Shown here: positions 12,503 through 28,985 of the stretch, piece after piece
How positions within the stretch are numbered: the first letter of the stretch is position 1
Layout: every line of letters starts with the position of its first letter
DNA from: Paramecium tetraurelia
Taxonomy: Eukaryota
DNA: 64,000 nucleotides
Direction of reading: 5' to 3'
Assembly (NCBI GenBank): GCA_000165425.1
Contig: CT868659.1
Location: 1-64,000, forward strand
Notes under the pieces: generated by a model
What the model was told of the DNA's origin: nothing
The model's input: only the letters and a program-made list of their open reading frames with translations
Databases searched by the model: none
Made by a program: the position numbers and the translations under genes

Positions 12503-12521
12503 AATTAATATATTAAAAATC

Positions 12522-14100
12522 ATGGACCCTTAGCTTGGAGAGGAACATAGATAACTTCTGGAGATGAATCAAAAGTAACTATTGTCTTACGGCACTTCTG
12601 GCTTTAGAGAAGAATCAAAATATTTGAAATTTGTCGGTTGGAGAGTGGGAATCTTCATTGGACAAATGTCTAAGAACACAAAATTAAAATTAGGAGTCAT
12701 GATAACAGCATCTCATAATAAGATTATTGATAATGGTTTTAAGATAGTGCCACCCAAAGGTGGGATGCTGTCAATTGAGGAAGAGTAGAATATAGAAATA
12801 TTTTATAAATCCGATGAAATCGTTAAATCCGAAACATTATATGATACTGGAATAGTCTATGTGGGAAGGGATACTAGACCATCTAGCGAATCATTATGTT
12901 AAATAGTCCTAGAAGGAATAAAGGAAGCTGGAGCTAATGGAATTAATTTAGGAATTGTAACAACACCTTAATGTGCATTTTTAGTGTATGCGACAAATTT
13001 AGGCTTAGTAAATTAAATAGAATCTAAATAAGAATTTTTTGTAGAGTATTTTTGCGACATTTTTTTGCAATTGGTCAAAACCCCTATAAAAGGGACATTA
13101 GTTATTGATGGAGCAGAAGGTGTTGGGGGAATATGGATGAAATAATTTTAAGAAAGATTAGCAACGTTATTAACAATTAAGAGAATCAATTATGGGGAAG
13201 AATCGCATTTATTAAATGATTGTTGTGGCTCAGAATTCGTTTAAAAAGAAAAGAAATTACCTAAATGCTTTGTTTATGATCCAACTTATAGGTATGCATC
13301 ATTAGATGGCGATGCTGATAGATTAGTTTATTAGTAATAATTATATGATATCGTAGTTCTTTTAATGAAAATAAGTTGTAAATTATTGAAGGTGATAGAT
13401 TTGCTATACTATTTGCAATGTATATCAAATAACAACTAGAAAAATAGCCTGCTTTAAAATTAACTATCGGTATTATTTAAACAGCATATGCAAATTCAGC
13501 ATCAACTAAATACATTACAGAAAAATTAGGAATTGAAGCTAAATATGCACCCACAGGAGTCAAATATTTGCATAGAGCTGCTCATGAGTTTGATATCGGA
13601 ATCTATTTTGAAGCAAATGGACATGGAGCTGTTATTTATAAAAACCATGTTCTGTAAAAAGTCAAGGAGTTTGAACTTTTTGAACTTGAATTATTTTTAA
13701 GACTCTCAAATTAAGCAATAGGAGATGCTATTACTAATATTTTAATGACAGAGTTCCTGTTAAACAAATTAGAAATGAATATTTAAGATTGGTTATTAAT
13801 CTATCTAGACTACCCTGCACTGTCAACCAAGTTGTATGTAAAAAATAAATAAATCATTAAAACCAATTATGAAGAAACATCCTTAATTGAACCAATAGGT
13901 ATTCTTTAATTAATTAATAAGATCTTAAATAAAAAGTGGATGAAATAATGTCAAAATATGATAATTCATATCGAACTTGTATTAGACCATCAGGCACTGA
14001 AAATGTCGTAAGAGTACATAGTGAAGGTCCCTAGCTTGAAATTATTCGAGAAATAGACTCTAGAATCAATGAACTGTTAAAATCGTACATGGAGATATGA
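12522..14100 (+). CDS. PGM3: Phosphoacetylglucosamine mutase (2 short introns)
   Basis: SYGTSGFR, GVMITASHN, GRDTRPSS, DGDADR, GIYFEANGHG, RPSGTENVVRV. Confidence 0.93.
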
Positions 14101-14441
14101 AAATTTATAATATCTGCATCGTTTACATATATAAATATTTTAGTTTTATAGCTCTTAGAAATAAGATTGAAAGCACTAATATAGTACTTTTCTTAGAACA
14201 AATAAAATTTATTATTAGATATATGTCGATTCTTATTATAATTTTCAATCATTTCGAAGATGTAAATGCAGAAATCTAATTTACTTATGAGGTTTGAATT
14301 AATTATATCTTCTCTAATAATGAGATTTTAAGATTAATTGTAAAATCATAATTTATTATACAGTTAGATGATTAATTCATAAACATTTTAATTATTCACA
14401 TATAAATAAATAATTTATAACCCCATTTTTTAATATTTTTA

Positions 14442-15042
14442 ATGAGAAAGAACGAGTACGACTTTTATGTGGATGATCAAATCACTTTTAATAAATATCA
14501 GCTTACTCTAAAGTGCAAATATTACACAAAAATTACGACTTTAAAATAGTATTTGTTGAAATACATCAAAAAAAATTTTGATATTATACATAATGATGTC
14601 ACTCTCAAAGAATCTATGACTTTGGATGAGGTTTTCTCAAGATATTGCTAAAATGCCATCATTTTATTTGTTGATAAAATAAGATCCAATGATCGATGTG
14701 TTGGTTAAACATTCAATTCAGTATCAAAATATAAGAAGATCAAGGCCAACTTCAAATGAGGCTTTAGATGATGTATTTCCTCTCGAAATTAAAAATGAGA
14801 AAGAAGATATGAAGGATCCAGTTGTTAAACATGAATTAGACACTCTGTCATCTACTACTTAAAAGAAATGTTCGAATTGTGGAATTTAGAATAAAATGAT
14901 TGAGAACTATGAAAGTTCAATATCGAATCTAATATAAGAAAATGAATAACTTCAATTAAAGATGAAATAACTTAAGGAAGAAAGAAATATTAATAAATAA
15001 AAAGAGAGTATTGCAGTAAATAGCTACAGACAATTAAAAAGA

Positions 15043-15048
<6 letters not shown>
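14442..15048 (+). CDS. Hypothetical protein with C-terminal coiled coil
   Basis: MRKNEYDFYVDDQ..., probable intron near 14700, ends ...QLKRS* at TGA 15046-15048. Confidence 0.6.
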
Positions 15049-16535
<1,487 letters not shown>

Positions 16536-17090
16536 TAATTATTACTACGAATATTGATATTTTAATAATTTTATATAAAATTCATAAGGGCAATCATCAT
16601 TTCTATATTATTATGGATTATAGTTACGCTGCAGGTTAGGATGAAAATTGTCGCGAATCCACAAAATATCAGACAGCCCCCTTAAATATCCAATAATAAT
16701 TACCGGTTATTGTTGCTGCCAAAGTTTATCCAATCAACCACATTCCACAGCTTAAATATTGTTTATATGCTTACAAAATTAAAAACCAACCTTTCCCTAT
16801 ATTTCCTTCCAAAAATCTAAAGTACTTGAGTATAAAATCCAATCTTAATTCAGCTGCTAAAATCATCAAGGCAAACAAGCTTAATGAAACATGTCTTATA
16901 CAATTAATATATCATGAAAATCCAATTCCAAAATGCAAAAAGTTCGACAATAGTTATTACATCGACTATTGTTATGGCTATAATTGCTGCAGCACAACTC
17001 AGGTTCATAATTCTGACTATGGTTTTAAGTGGCGTTCCCTATTATGGTTAGCTCATTTTGGTTAATACTTAATTAAATTAAAATATTATT

Positions 17091-18212
17091 TCAATTAAAT
17101 AAATCCTTCAACCTATTGATACACCCAATCACTTTATCTCTTAAAGTCTTGATAGTCAAGTTAAATCCAGCTTTTATTTTAAAATCCCCATCTAAGTACC
17201 CTCTAACGATCAATTTTCCATCCTTCTAGCTTATTCTCAATCCTCCCAACATGACTTTCCCTTCCTAAAATTATGTTTCATTTTGGGCTCTAAAATGTAT
17301 GAGTATACAATAATACATTCTGGATTAGTATTGATCTTCTAATCGTATTGATTTGTAAACAAGATAATAATCTTCGTTCAATAGTTCTATGTATTTGAGG
17401 TAGGTAATCAATTGTTTTTTAATCATTGAATGCTTATTCAATTGCAATTCTCCAATCGACATCTACTCATTAATTGGTTGTAATTTGTAGTTTTCAAACA
17501 AATCAAATTCAAATAATGAGTTTGTACTCGACCATTTGAGAAATTTGCTGATTTCAGTATTCAAATCAAATTGAAACCTATATCATAACTATTATATAAA
17601 CACTTAATCTGGATGAACATAGTTTTTTACACAAAATAATGAGAGAAGTACAACTCAATATTATGGATATTCTAAATATAGGTATCACTGTCATCTATGA
17701 TATCAACTAGTTCTGTGAATTTCTCCAGGGCTTCTTGAGCATACAAGGTTAACTCATTGATTCTAATTGAATTTATATTAGAGAAAACAATCATCCAATT
17801 GTCTACTGTTTATTGTTATTATGACTGATGAATTGCTTTATCTGAAATTTGCTTCGATTACTATTTAATCATAAATTTATCTTCATCTTTCTACTACCCC
17901 TTTTAATTAGTTGAAGGTGATTTTATGATGGGTAGCTATTTATTGGTAATAGTTTCTAATGTGAGATCATTGTCATTTTTTTCATCGTTTTTGTCTGCTT
18001 CACATAATGATTAATCATTAGAATGAGAGTTATCCTGTGCAATACCTAAATTTTGGATGGAATTAACTTATCTATTATGCCTGTATTTTCCCTTAACTCT
18101 CCTCCACAGGATTATTGGACAAGTTCACTAACTAATGTGAAGACACCTATGCAGAGGGCTTGCTTTTGAAAAGTAAAAGACACTCTTTGCACTTAGTCAA
18201 AAATGATCCCAT
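17091..18212 (-). CDS. Hypothetical protein, possible START-like C-terminal domain, possible N-myristoylation
   Basis: MGSFLTKCKECL start, 22-nt intron, ends GKLIVRGYLDGDFKIKAG...LKDLFN*. Confidence 0.55.
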
Positions 18213-18405
18213 TTCCAAAAGTTGATAATTTTATAATACTTAATAGGCATTTTATAATCAATGACAAAATCCATATAAATTGTAACTATAATTTCAAATT
18301 ATCTAAAATAGAAACCAACTACTTTTGTTACAACCTATCATAGCAAACAAACACAATAAATTTTTATCAATTTTATTAAGGTTCTAATTAAAAATCATAA
18401 TAGCA

Positions 18406-18817
18406 TCAGATTTCAAACGATCGTTATTTTCCCAGAATAAACGGACTTAAAAATTTTTCTGAATCACTTTTGGTATTACTTTGATCCGTCCCAACTTTTA
18501 TAATTTATATATTGTTAATCATGGGGGATTCTCCAATTACCTATTAAAAAATTATGCCATCTTTCTTCGGGTACTCACTAAATTATTCAAACATCATACT
18601 AAAACTCTTGTTCTTTTTGTGTGGGGTCTGTCTTAAATTTCACTCCCAACACTCTTAAATAGGCCACAACTCTCCTCTCAATTTCCAATTGCTGAAAGTT
18701 GTCACAATGGAATTGAGGCAATAAGCTATCTAAAGATTCAACTGATTCTCTCGTCAAGTCCTCAAGGATTTCAATTTTAGATCTTGTCAAATCTTCCCCC
18801 TTTATACCGTATTACAT
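18406..18817 (-). CDS. Small hypothetical protein (one 22-nt intron)
   Basis: MQYGIKGEDLTRSKIEILEDL... contains ORF-track 18599-18790; intron GTATGATGTTTGAATAATTTAG removes an in-frame TGA. Confidence 0.6.
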
Positions 18818-19953
18818 AGTTTGTAATGAAAATAAGAAATTTGTTTAATAATGATAAGAATTTTCATATTTATTTATAATAGTCAAAAATTACGCCCCTA
18901 ACAGCTATTAATCCTACTATTAATTTACATCATTTTGGTTAAAGTATCTAAAACACATAACTCGACTTTCAAATTGGATAAAATTCTCCAAATCTCTGTA
19001 TGTCAAGATTTATTCTAATTACCAATTACTTCGAGCAAGATTCTAAATTACGCTTTACTCTATTATTTGCCATATTTTAATGAAAAGTACTTTTAAAGAT
19101 ATCAAAAACCAGTTACATTACTGATAAAAATAAAGAACCTGAAACTACAGATTCAATTATTCTAAAAAAATTACATGGAAACTTTTGAATATTTTGTTGA
19201 TATATCAATTATTTAAACATGATTTATTTGCATGAAATATTACACTGATCCATAAGCAATAATTATTTTGTCACGTGAAGAAATTTTTTATTAAATTCTC
19301 AAAATTTAAGAAATTTTATCCCTAGTTATAAAATTTAATCACTTATGATCTATTATGTATCATAAATAAAGTCAAAATTAAATTGATCTCATCTTTTTCA
19401 TACAAATAGAAACTAATCAATTAAAATAATACTCTGGCAGTTATTTGAAATCTTTCTTAGAAAATAGTAAATTAGTCTCTATCCAGGTAAATTTATTTCT
19501 TTATTGTGATTAATGTATTATTAACAATAATGAGATATTGTGTTGCAATAATATAAAGTTCTATGATAAAATATGAATTAAACTGTCTTTCTTCAAGAAA
19601 ATCACAAGTCTTAAGTAAGGTAGACTTTTATAGATTATTCAAAGCTTAAAAGAAAAGCAATATAGAATGAGTGGTAGTATAGCGATTTTAAGAACATAAT
19701 CCAATAAATTGTTTAAAATTGCTTATTCTAATTGCTTCATTAAATCTATAAAATTCACAGAGTTCTGTCCCATCCATATGTAATTGCATATTAGTTTTTA
19801 TTTTGAAAATATAAAAATCCCTCTTAGAGTTTGATCCAACTTTTATCTAATGATTAAATTTAAGTAAATTGTCAGTTTTTTTGACTTCTATCCTCAATAA
19901 TTTCTGATGCTATAGTTTAAGCATTGGGTTCAATTAATTTTATATAATAATAT

Positions 19954-21858
19954 ATGCAATAATTATTACACGAAGGAGGGAACAGAAATCCGAAATAAAA
20001 TTAATTTGAATGGAGATCTATCACTCCTGAAAGAGAATTTGGTTAGATGTTGTAAGGTAAGCCTCTCATAACTGAACCAAATGAAAATAAATAAACAGCT
20101 AAATCAATGAGTTAGGAAAATAACATCAACAATCACGATTTCTAATCAAAGCACACCAATTTAAATAAGTTGTTAATACCGGATAGTTAGTAATAGAAAT
20201 TTTAGAGGCCCTTGAATTACATGTAAACATCATTAAAGAAAATGTCAGAAATTGGATAACAAATCAATTCAATATTACAGAAGTTCAAATAAAATAGGAT
20301 CCATAGACCTTAATCAGATTTAAATATGTTTGATAAGCATTCAATGATGAAAAAAACTAGTTAAAACGACATAAGTCTATCAACTAATTTGAATTTGAAT
20401 CATAGTTATATTGATAATCGAGGCACTGAGACTGAACGATCTTATTTTCAATACAAAAATCACAAGGAGAATGGGAAATAGCAAAGCAAGGATTCAAAGG
20501 ATTATCAATTCATATTCTAAAATAGTAATAATCAGTTTTAAACGAATTCTTTAAAGAAGATTATTGAAAAGAAAATAGCTTTGGCTATGCAGACAAACAC
20601 AAATAACATCTTATATAACGATTACAAGAAGTAAATTAATAAAGAATCCTAATAAGACAGATCTTACAATATCTAAAAATACATAACAAATAAATTCTTA
20701 AGAAATTCATCATGTTTATAGCCAAATGAAAAAAGTGATAGGAAGAACAAATAAATGTCAAGTTATTTTTCATAGAATCATTACTCTAAAAGCTAATCAT
20801 CCTTCTTAATTGAGAGAGAAAACAGCAAATCTGAAAATACAACTAGTCGGAATAACAGAATTCGAGTTTCTAGTTACATTAAAACTCCTACTAAAAATAA
20901 TAGTGATCTGATTAAACAATTTAGTCCTCGATTTATTTCTTAGCAACTATCGTCATATTAAGTTAGTTCTAGTAAGATTAATTCATTGTTGTCATCAATG
21001 AACAAAGACATAGAGAAGATAAAAACATATAATAATATTTAAAATTTGAATATTTATCATATATAGGCAATACCACTATTTTTAAGTAATGATCCAAATC
21101 AAACTCATGTAATTGTTGGGTGTTCTGACTTATCAGTCCGTGCAATCAATTTATACTCAGGTAGAATTCAAGTCTTGGGAAAGCATCAGAAGCCAATTAG
21201 ATCAATTACTAAAATTGTAATTTAACAGAATTTTAAAACTTTTTATTCATGCTCTTTAGATAACCAAGTCATTCAGTGGGTGAGCGAATCAATGCATGGC
21301 ACCTATCGATTGAAACATTCTTGGAGAATGGATGAAGTCCCTTTGTAACTCTATTAAACTGAAAAAGGGGTTTTATATATTGTAACAGCCAATTATATTT
21401 TCTATTTTTCCTCTGTTACAAAAAAGCAAATTGCATATCACGGAGTATTTAATTGCATGATTTAAACATCCAATAATATTTTGGTTGCTATTGACAATTT
21501 CATATACAAATTATAAGCTGACTCTTTGTAATTGGTTTGCACTTCAAAGAAGCCGATCAAGAATATGATTTATGAAGAAGGCTTGTTATATGTACTTTAA
21601 AGGGATGGAGCATTATTAATTTATGAAGAAGCAAAACATTTAAAGTTTAACTCTGAAATAGATATTGGAGCTATGAACATCTTTAGCATGTAAAATGGCT
21701 AAATTATAATATAAACCAATGATAGCGAATTTATTGTTTATTCTTAGCAAATAAGTAAATCATATCAGATAGATGGTAAAATCAAATGTCTGTTAGCTTT
21801 ATAATAAATGTTATTAATAGGAAGTAATAAGAAATTGATTGAAACGCTAAAATTTTGA
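19954..21858 (+). CDS. Low-complexity N-terminus plus C-terminal WD40-like beta-propeller
   Basis: VIVGCSDLSVRAINL...LGKHQKPIRSI...FYSCSLDNQVIQW; TGA 21856-21858. Confidence 0.7.
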
Positions 21859-21921
21859 ATATTATATTATGTTTACTTTAATTATAAATATCTATTTTAT
21901 GTTGAAATGTATATATATAAT

Positions 21922-23818
21922 TCAAGTTAGTTATCTTTCAATCAGCTATTTATAGATTCCATTTTTTTCTCAATTAAGTCCTGATGTCTACCCTATTCAA
22001 CGATCTCTCCATTTTGAATTACGACAATTTTATTAGAGTTTATAATAGTGGATAGTCTGTGAGCAATAATAATGATTGTTTTTTGTCCTGTTGAAACTAA
22101 TCCATCTATGGCTGACTATACTTAGAATTCTGATTCAGAATCTAAGGCACTAGTGGCTTCATCAAAAATAAGTATTTTAGGGTTCTTGATCAAGGCTCTT
22201 GCAATAGCAATTCTTTGTTTTTATCCACCTGATAGTTTGACTCCCCTTTCTCCAACAATAGTATCTAGACCATCTGGAAATATTTATTTGTTTGAAACAA
22301 ACTCATAAGCATTTGCTAATTTCATAGCATTATCGATATCCTCCTATGAGTAAGCTGAAACTCCATAAGTAATATTTTCTTTTAGTGTTCCAGAAAATAA
22401 TGTTGGCTCTTAAGCCACAAATCCTATAGTTTGATGAAGCTTTTGCTAATTATATTCTTTAATGTCGATATTGTCAAATAGAATCTATCCTTCAGTTGAG
22501 TCATAAAACCTTTCCAATAATTAAACAATTGTTGACTTTCCACTGCCACTTTACCCCACTAATGCCACGACTTCACCTTTTTTAATTTCTAAATCAATTG
22601 ATTTCAAAGTAGTCACATTAGATTTGGTTGGATATTAAAATGTAACATTTTTAAGTGTGATTTCACCTGTGATCTTTTGAGCATCAAGTGACCCATTTTA
22701 TATCTTCACTGGATGATCCATAATAGAAAATATCTTTTCAGAAACAGCTGCTGCAGATATCATCTAATTCATAAATCCGCTCACTGCCAATATGGATACT
22801 AATGATATTAAGTTTGATATTACTTGTCATTGTTAATGTATATAACACAAATGAACTTAAATCTCCAATTGTTAATTTGTCTTCGATTACAAGACTTCCT
22901 CCGTAATACAGAATAGCCAATATAACTGCATAGCCCAATAGAATTCCAATGGACATGAATTGACTTCCCAATATGGCAATTTTATTTCCTATTCCATAAA
23001 CTGTTGATGTCGCATTTTGATACTGAGATCCTTCTTTCTCTTCAGTCGAGAATGATCTCACTATCCTCATGTTTCCAAGGACTTCAGATGCTATCTAAGT
23101 TGATGCTGCTACTGCTTACTGGTATTCTTTTGTTAGTTTTTTGTAGGATCTCACAAATAAAATAACTATTATTGTAAATGGAGGAATAACACAAAATAAC
23201 ACCAATGTAAGATTCCAACTGATAAACCACAATAGAATTAGACTACCTATAAATTACACTGCATTTTTTAGAATCATTGAGATTGAATCGTTTGCTCCCT
23301 TATTAATCACAGATATATCAGATGACAATCTAGATATCAATTCTCCTGATCTATTTGAATCAAAGAACTCAATATCTTTTGTGATTAGTTTTTAAAATAA
23401 TTCATTCCTTAGGTCAAAAGTGATTTTTTCACCCAAAATGTTATAAGCGTAAGCCCTCACAAATGTAAAGACGGCTGATACGATGGTCAATATTATGAAA
23501 TAAAATGTCAATTTATTTAGATCCTCTTTGCCATCGGATTTAGTTATTGTATCAATCATTTATCTAAAATTAAATGTTTTCTTACCCTGTCAAGTATGGA
23601 AGAGCCACCATTGATAATGAAGTCACTAATAATCCAAAATTGCCCAAGAACAGCAATAATTTATGTTTCCATGAATATCGAATTAACCTCATAAAATTTG
23701 AACCTTTTGGTTTATTCCCTATTGAAATTTCTGATTCTATCGCTGTCCTACTTTTCTTCTCCTCTTAAATTTTTTAATAATCAGCATCGAAATTCATTTT
23801 CTTTTAAATTTTATTCAT
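21922..23818 (-). CDS. ABC transporter, ABCB half-transporter (ABCB10/TAP-like)
   Basis: TM domain with [17 protein letters not shown]; Walker [41 protein letters not shown]. Confidence 0.93.
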
Positions 23819-24344
23819 GTTGACAAAATAATTTATAATATAAATGTTTAAGATGGAATTCCAAAAATCCAAAACTTTTATTTTTAGATAATAATAATTT
23901 TAAAATATATATATTTATTCATTATTGGCTGTTGTCTAAATATAAATTTGATAAATCATTCAAACAGTTTGTGATTTAGCATCATAATTTATTTTTAGCC
24001 TTTTTTTCATAAAGTCAATCATTTATTTAAAATGATGGAATTGTAAAGATAAATCCCCATTTTTTACTTCCATCTATGTAATAAGAAATTCGTTTTCTTG
24101 GAACGTGAATACAAAAATAAGTCACTTAAAAAATATAGTGAATAATTTAACTTATTTTAATAAGCATCTGCTATAATAAATATATATGGATCATTAAATA
24201 ACTTATTTATTAATTAAAATAATAAATTATAAAAATATTCCACAAAATAATTATATATATTTGATACAAAGAAATTCTGAAAATCAAGATAAATAGGATT
24301 TTATAGATTATCCATATATATATTTACGGAAGAAAAATATAAAG

Positions 24345-26263
24345 TCAACATTGTTTTATTACAGATTTGATTTTCTATTATATAGTCGAAAGTGTTTTGT
24401 CATCTCTTTATTTTTAGACAAATAGATTTACAGGGCTCTTGGTTGTAATTTGATCAAAATTAAATGATTAATTATTCCTTTTCCTCTTGAATAACTATTG
24501 TTGTGTTACGTTGTTGACTTGAGTTTGTTATCCATTATTATTTGAATTTTAGGTAGAACTGGTCTAATTGATATTATTAGTAATCATCAATTAAATATTT
24601 AATTATTTCTTTTTGATTTAGTTTTCTGATCTATTCAATTTACTATTTTAATTTCCTGAATTCTTCCCAGAACCTAAGTCAACAGTTTTGTTATTGTATT
24701 TTTATTGCTGCTTTTTAATTTGCACAGACTTAAAGGGATATTGTTGATTCAAGTAGACCTCTGCTAATTAATGATTGGCCCACTTCGGAGAATTAGGTTT
24801 GTACTTATTAGTAGTTGAAATAGATCTTAATTTCCGTTTATGAGTCTTGCTTTAAGCTTCATAGATCTAATGCTCTGGCTCAACATTAAAATTGACTTAC
24901 TTTGTATTTGAAAATTATTGTTCTTTCATAGATCTCGTTCTGCTCTTCATTCCAACATATTTAGCTTGAAATTAGTTATTGATTACATTTTCTGATGATG
25001 GGAATCACAAATCCACATTTCTGTGATTCGATTACTGGCTTAAGTAGTACAATCTCAAAATGTCCTTGATCCATTTTCATCTTTGCATCTTCATCAATTG
25101 CCTAGATATTGAAGTAAATAACTACCTATTTGGAAATGTCATAAAATCTATTGTGGACATTCAACAATTAATTAATCAAAGGTAAATCTTTGGGTAAATA
25201 CAAATAAGCTATTTCTAAAGCTCTTGATAAATAATTCTCTGCTTCACTAAAACAAAAAGACTCAACCTTCTAAACAAATTTGGACTCAGTTGAAGTGCAA
25301 TACAGAGAAATCACAAACAAACATATCATATGCAAATACTGTTAGTTAGTGGGAAAGTCATCGACATGTTTAAAATTGTTTAAATTCACTGGATTCATTT
25401 GGATGAAGAATAAAATGTTGGCTCTATGAATATACGCTTATGGACATCCGGAATACACTGAATCGTAACTCTTTAATACTAATCATTGTACTTCTTAAGT
25501 AGCTTGGGTTTGCATTTGATATCCCTGCACTAAAGTTTGATGTTTAGGTTTTAGAATTGGTAAGCTCTTTTTGAGAATTTCTTCAAGGACTTGTTAATGT
25601 ATTTAGCTCTTCAAGTATTTTTGGAGATCGATCAGTATTTTCGAGGCTTTTCTTATCGCCATTTTAGCAAATGCCAATGCTTCAGAGTGCTGACCACTCT
25701 CTGAAAGGATGATGCAGCATTGCAAATAACAATGTAGACGTGTAATTGAAAGGAGATAGCCCTCTTAATCTGTTCTGGGGGTTTTCTTTAAAGCCAAAAT
25801 GGCGTCTTCAAAACAAGTAAATGCTTATTCCAACCAACCTATGGCGTAAAAGACGACTCCCAAATTAATTCTTATCATGAGGAAGTAGTGAATCAATGGA
25901 TTAGAATAAGAAATGGCAGTTAGTATTTATTCTGCTTATTTTAAGTGATACACACATTGGGAATATTGGTTAGCTTCAAAGTCCTAGATGCCCAAGTGAA
26001 TAAAGTCAATTAACTATTCTTCTGCTTAACCCTCATTAATCTTAAGGAATTTATTGTTCTTTTTTTAATTGGCCTCTATGATATTAAATATATAGTTTAC
26101 ATCCTTAACCATCATCATTATTATGTATAATCTCAACAGGTTGAACTTGATCCAAAATTTATTGGAGAATATTGATGTCAGTTGAGGGAGGAATGGGGTT
26201 TTGTTTTTTTTAAACATTTGAGACTAGATTATTTAACAACTTTGGAGATTTCAGTTCTTGCAT
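24345..26263 (-). CDS. Hypothetical protein with TPR-like helical repeats and low-complexity tail
   Basis: MQELKSPKLLNN..., INLGVVFYAIGWLEQAFTCFEDAI; two short introns restore the frame to TGA 24347-24345. Confidence 0.65.
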
Positions 26264-26492
26264 TTTATTATAATAAAATATATATAGTAGAAGTATAGTA
26301 AATATCTTACTAACTAATCGGGATAAATTAAAATACGATCAACTGATGTCAATAGGGCGTTTGCTGAACACAATCAATCGTTGTGAATATTATTTTGATT
26401 GATCCTTTACATGATGTATTATGGTGAAATGTGCTATCATTAAATAATGCTTGCGAAAGAGTGTTCATATTTATTTTATTAATATATATTCA

Positions 26493-28155
26493 ATGGGATT
26501 TTTCGATTATTTCTTTGGAAAAAAAAAAGAACCTGAAAAATAGGCTCCACAACCATAAGCAGTCGTTCAATAGCCAAAATCCAATAAATAGATTGAAGAG
26601 GAAGTTTGTTATTTTTTATTAAATTAAGAATTGGGTTTACGCTTCGATTCTTTAATATTTGACATCCCCAATCTGGAATATAACTATTTCTGAATTTGTA
26701 GATTAAAACTGCATCGTCTTTGATGATGAAGAGGAGAATAAGTTAGAATATTAGGCCTTGTTCAAAAAATACAAAAAGATGATGGCCAATCTTATTGACA
26801 ATATGATGAATGAGTTAGGCGTAAACGAAGAGCAATTTGCTGAGTAAGTAGAAAAGGGTTTAAGGCATCCAAAGGAAAAACTGGTCTTTGAAAAACTATT
26901 GACAATTGATAACTTTTTGGTTTTCAAAACTCAAATGATTAAAAGAAACAAAGAATTAGAATTAGAGGCCCTAAAAGAAATCGAGAAATAAGATCAGAAG
27001 AAGTAAATGATACATCCAATTAATTAGAGTTTAAAAAGGATAAGTTGTGAATCCCTAAAATAATGCTAATATCAAACTACTTGAAATGGAAGCAGAGAAG
27101 GCTGAATTAGAACATGCATTGTAAATGTCCTTGGCAGTCGAAGAAGAAAAAAAGAAGATGGTAACCGAAGAGGATAGATAATTACAAGAAGTATTGAGAT
27201 AGAGCTTAGTTGAATTTTAGTATTGATTTTATTTATTTCTAAGACAAGGTTTGAAAAAGTAAAGAGAAGCTTTAGAACTAAAAACTAGAGAATTAAAAAA
27301 AGCGAAAGAAGAACAAGCATAAAAAGCATAGGAGTTTGAATAATAATCAAAATTGTAATAATAATAATAATAATAACCGTAATAATAATTATAATAATAA
27401 TAACCATCATAAGAAATTAAATAATAAGGTAGTCTAAATTCAGATGGAACACCTACTCCTATTTTAAAATCTGTAAAATACACATCCTATATAGGAATAT
27501 CAATTATAAAACATTTAAAGCCAAATCTAACAAGGTCCAACTATGGCTGAATTTTATTAAGTTCAAAATAGCAACAACTCCCAACCAGAAAAAGTCGAAT
27601 AAGTGCAAAACTAGAAAGAGCCAATACCCATTTTATAATCAAAAAAACTTGATAAGTTATCACATAAACCTGTCTTACCATCAATCTAGGGTTAGGCTCA
27701 ACCTGTAATACAATAAGCAGATTCAGTGATCTAGTTTGAGATGGATGTTGCAGAAGATGATGCTGGTGTCAAAAAGTCGGTCATTGCAAATTTAGCTTCT
27801 CAAAAGACTACTGAAATAAATAATGTTGATTAAGGTGAAAGTGTTGAAGATAGAAAAAGAAGATTAATTAAACAAAGAGAAGAAATTAGAAAGAGAAAAG
27901 AAGAAGAAAATAAAAAGACTTTGGAATAGTATAAACAATAATAAGCTAATGTACACATTTTAAATTTTTCTTTTCTAGGAAATCAATAACAATAAGGAAG
28001 ATGATGCCTTTTCAATCTAGAGAAAAAATACTTAAGAAGAATTGTAAAGAAAAAGAGAACTTCTAGAGAAGAAGAAAAACGAAATTAAATTGCAGAAAGA
28101 AAAAATGGAAAAAGAAAAAATGTAAAATTAAGAAGAAGATATTGATTTATTATGA
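26493..28155 (+). CDS. CFAP36: Cilia- and flagella-associated protein 36 (BART-like domain), polyQ-rich
   Basis: WVYASILQYLTSPIW..FVDQNCIVFDDEEENKLEY...DNFLVFKTQMIKRNKELELEAL. Confidence 0.85.
27340..27428 (+). repeat. (TAA)n tract encoding poly-Gln within CFAP36
   Basis: In-frame TAA runs inside an otherwise open gene. Confidence 0.85.
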
Positions 28156-28985
28156 AAAATAGAATATTTAAAGCATTTTTTTTCTGATAATTCTCTACTT
28201 CCTCCTTGGATTGCTAAGAATTACCAATATTTTATTAGAATAATGTGTTATACAAAAATTGTTAAGGATGCAGATATGATAAAATCATATTTTAACATAA
28301 TTATTTTAATTAGAATAACAGTATTTGTATGCTAATCTTTAGGAAGAAGAATGTTATAAAATCAGATGATTTTCTTTAGCATATTTGATTGTTATATACC
28401 TAATACTATTGATTTGGGTAATATCCATAATATAAATTATTAACAGAAGAAATAAATAGTCAAATTCATGATAAAATTAAATAAATTTGACATGATATAA
28501 ATAGACAATCTTATAGAATTTTTTTAAGAAATTACAATTATGATATATGAAATAATATTGAAAGAGGAAATTAAATAAAGTCATTTAGTTTCTACTATAA
28601 ACATTTAAACACTATTAAATAGGAATTATAATATTCAATTAAGTAATAATTTTTGATGCAGATCAACACGGGTTACAAATGAATTTTATCAATATATTTA
28701 AAAAAAAATAGCGATAAAAACAATTAGATTATAAGTATGAAAATCATTTTAATTTAGTAATCATTTTTATAAATGAATCAATTCTTCATCATTATTATAA
28801 TATGATTTTATTATTAAAATTGTAGATTTTATTATGAAACATTCATATCCTAAACTTATGGATTACATAATATTATTGAAAGTTACTATTGAACTGATTT
28901 AAAAGAGATGGGTAAAATTTGATTAATTTATGTTTGAGTGTATTTTATTAATATTTTTAAATATTATATATAACCGTTGAAATTC

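Noticed and set aside
16613..17090. Possible small plus-strand gene starting MDYSYAAG
   Set aside because: No recognisable domain and no consistent stop or intron model.
18900..19900. Coding-like plus-strand stretches
   Set aside because: Interrupted by TGA with no identifiable family; perhaps a gene relic.
27229..27483. Tyr-rich minus-strand ORF in the track (and similar antisense ORFs, e.g. 43003-43284, 47769-47951)
   Set aside because: Antisense shadows of real genes on the opposite strand.
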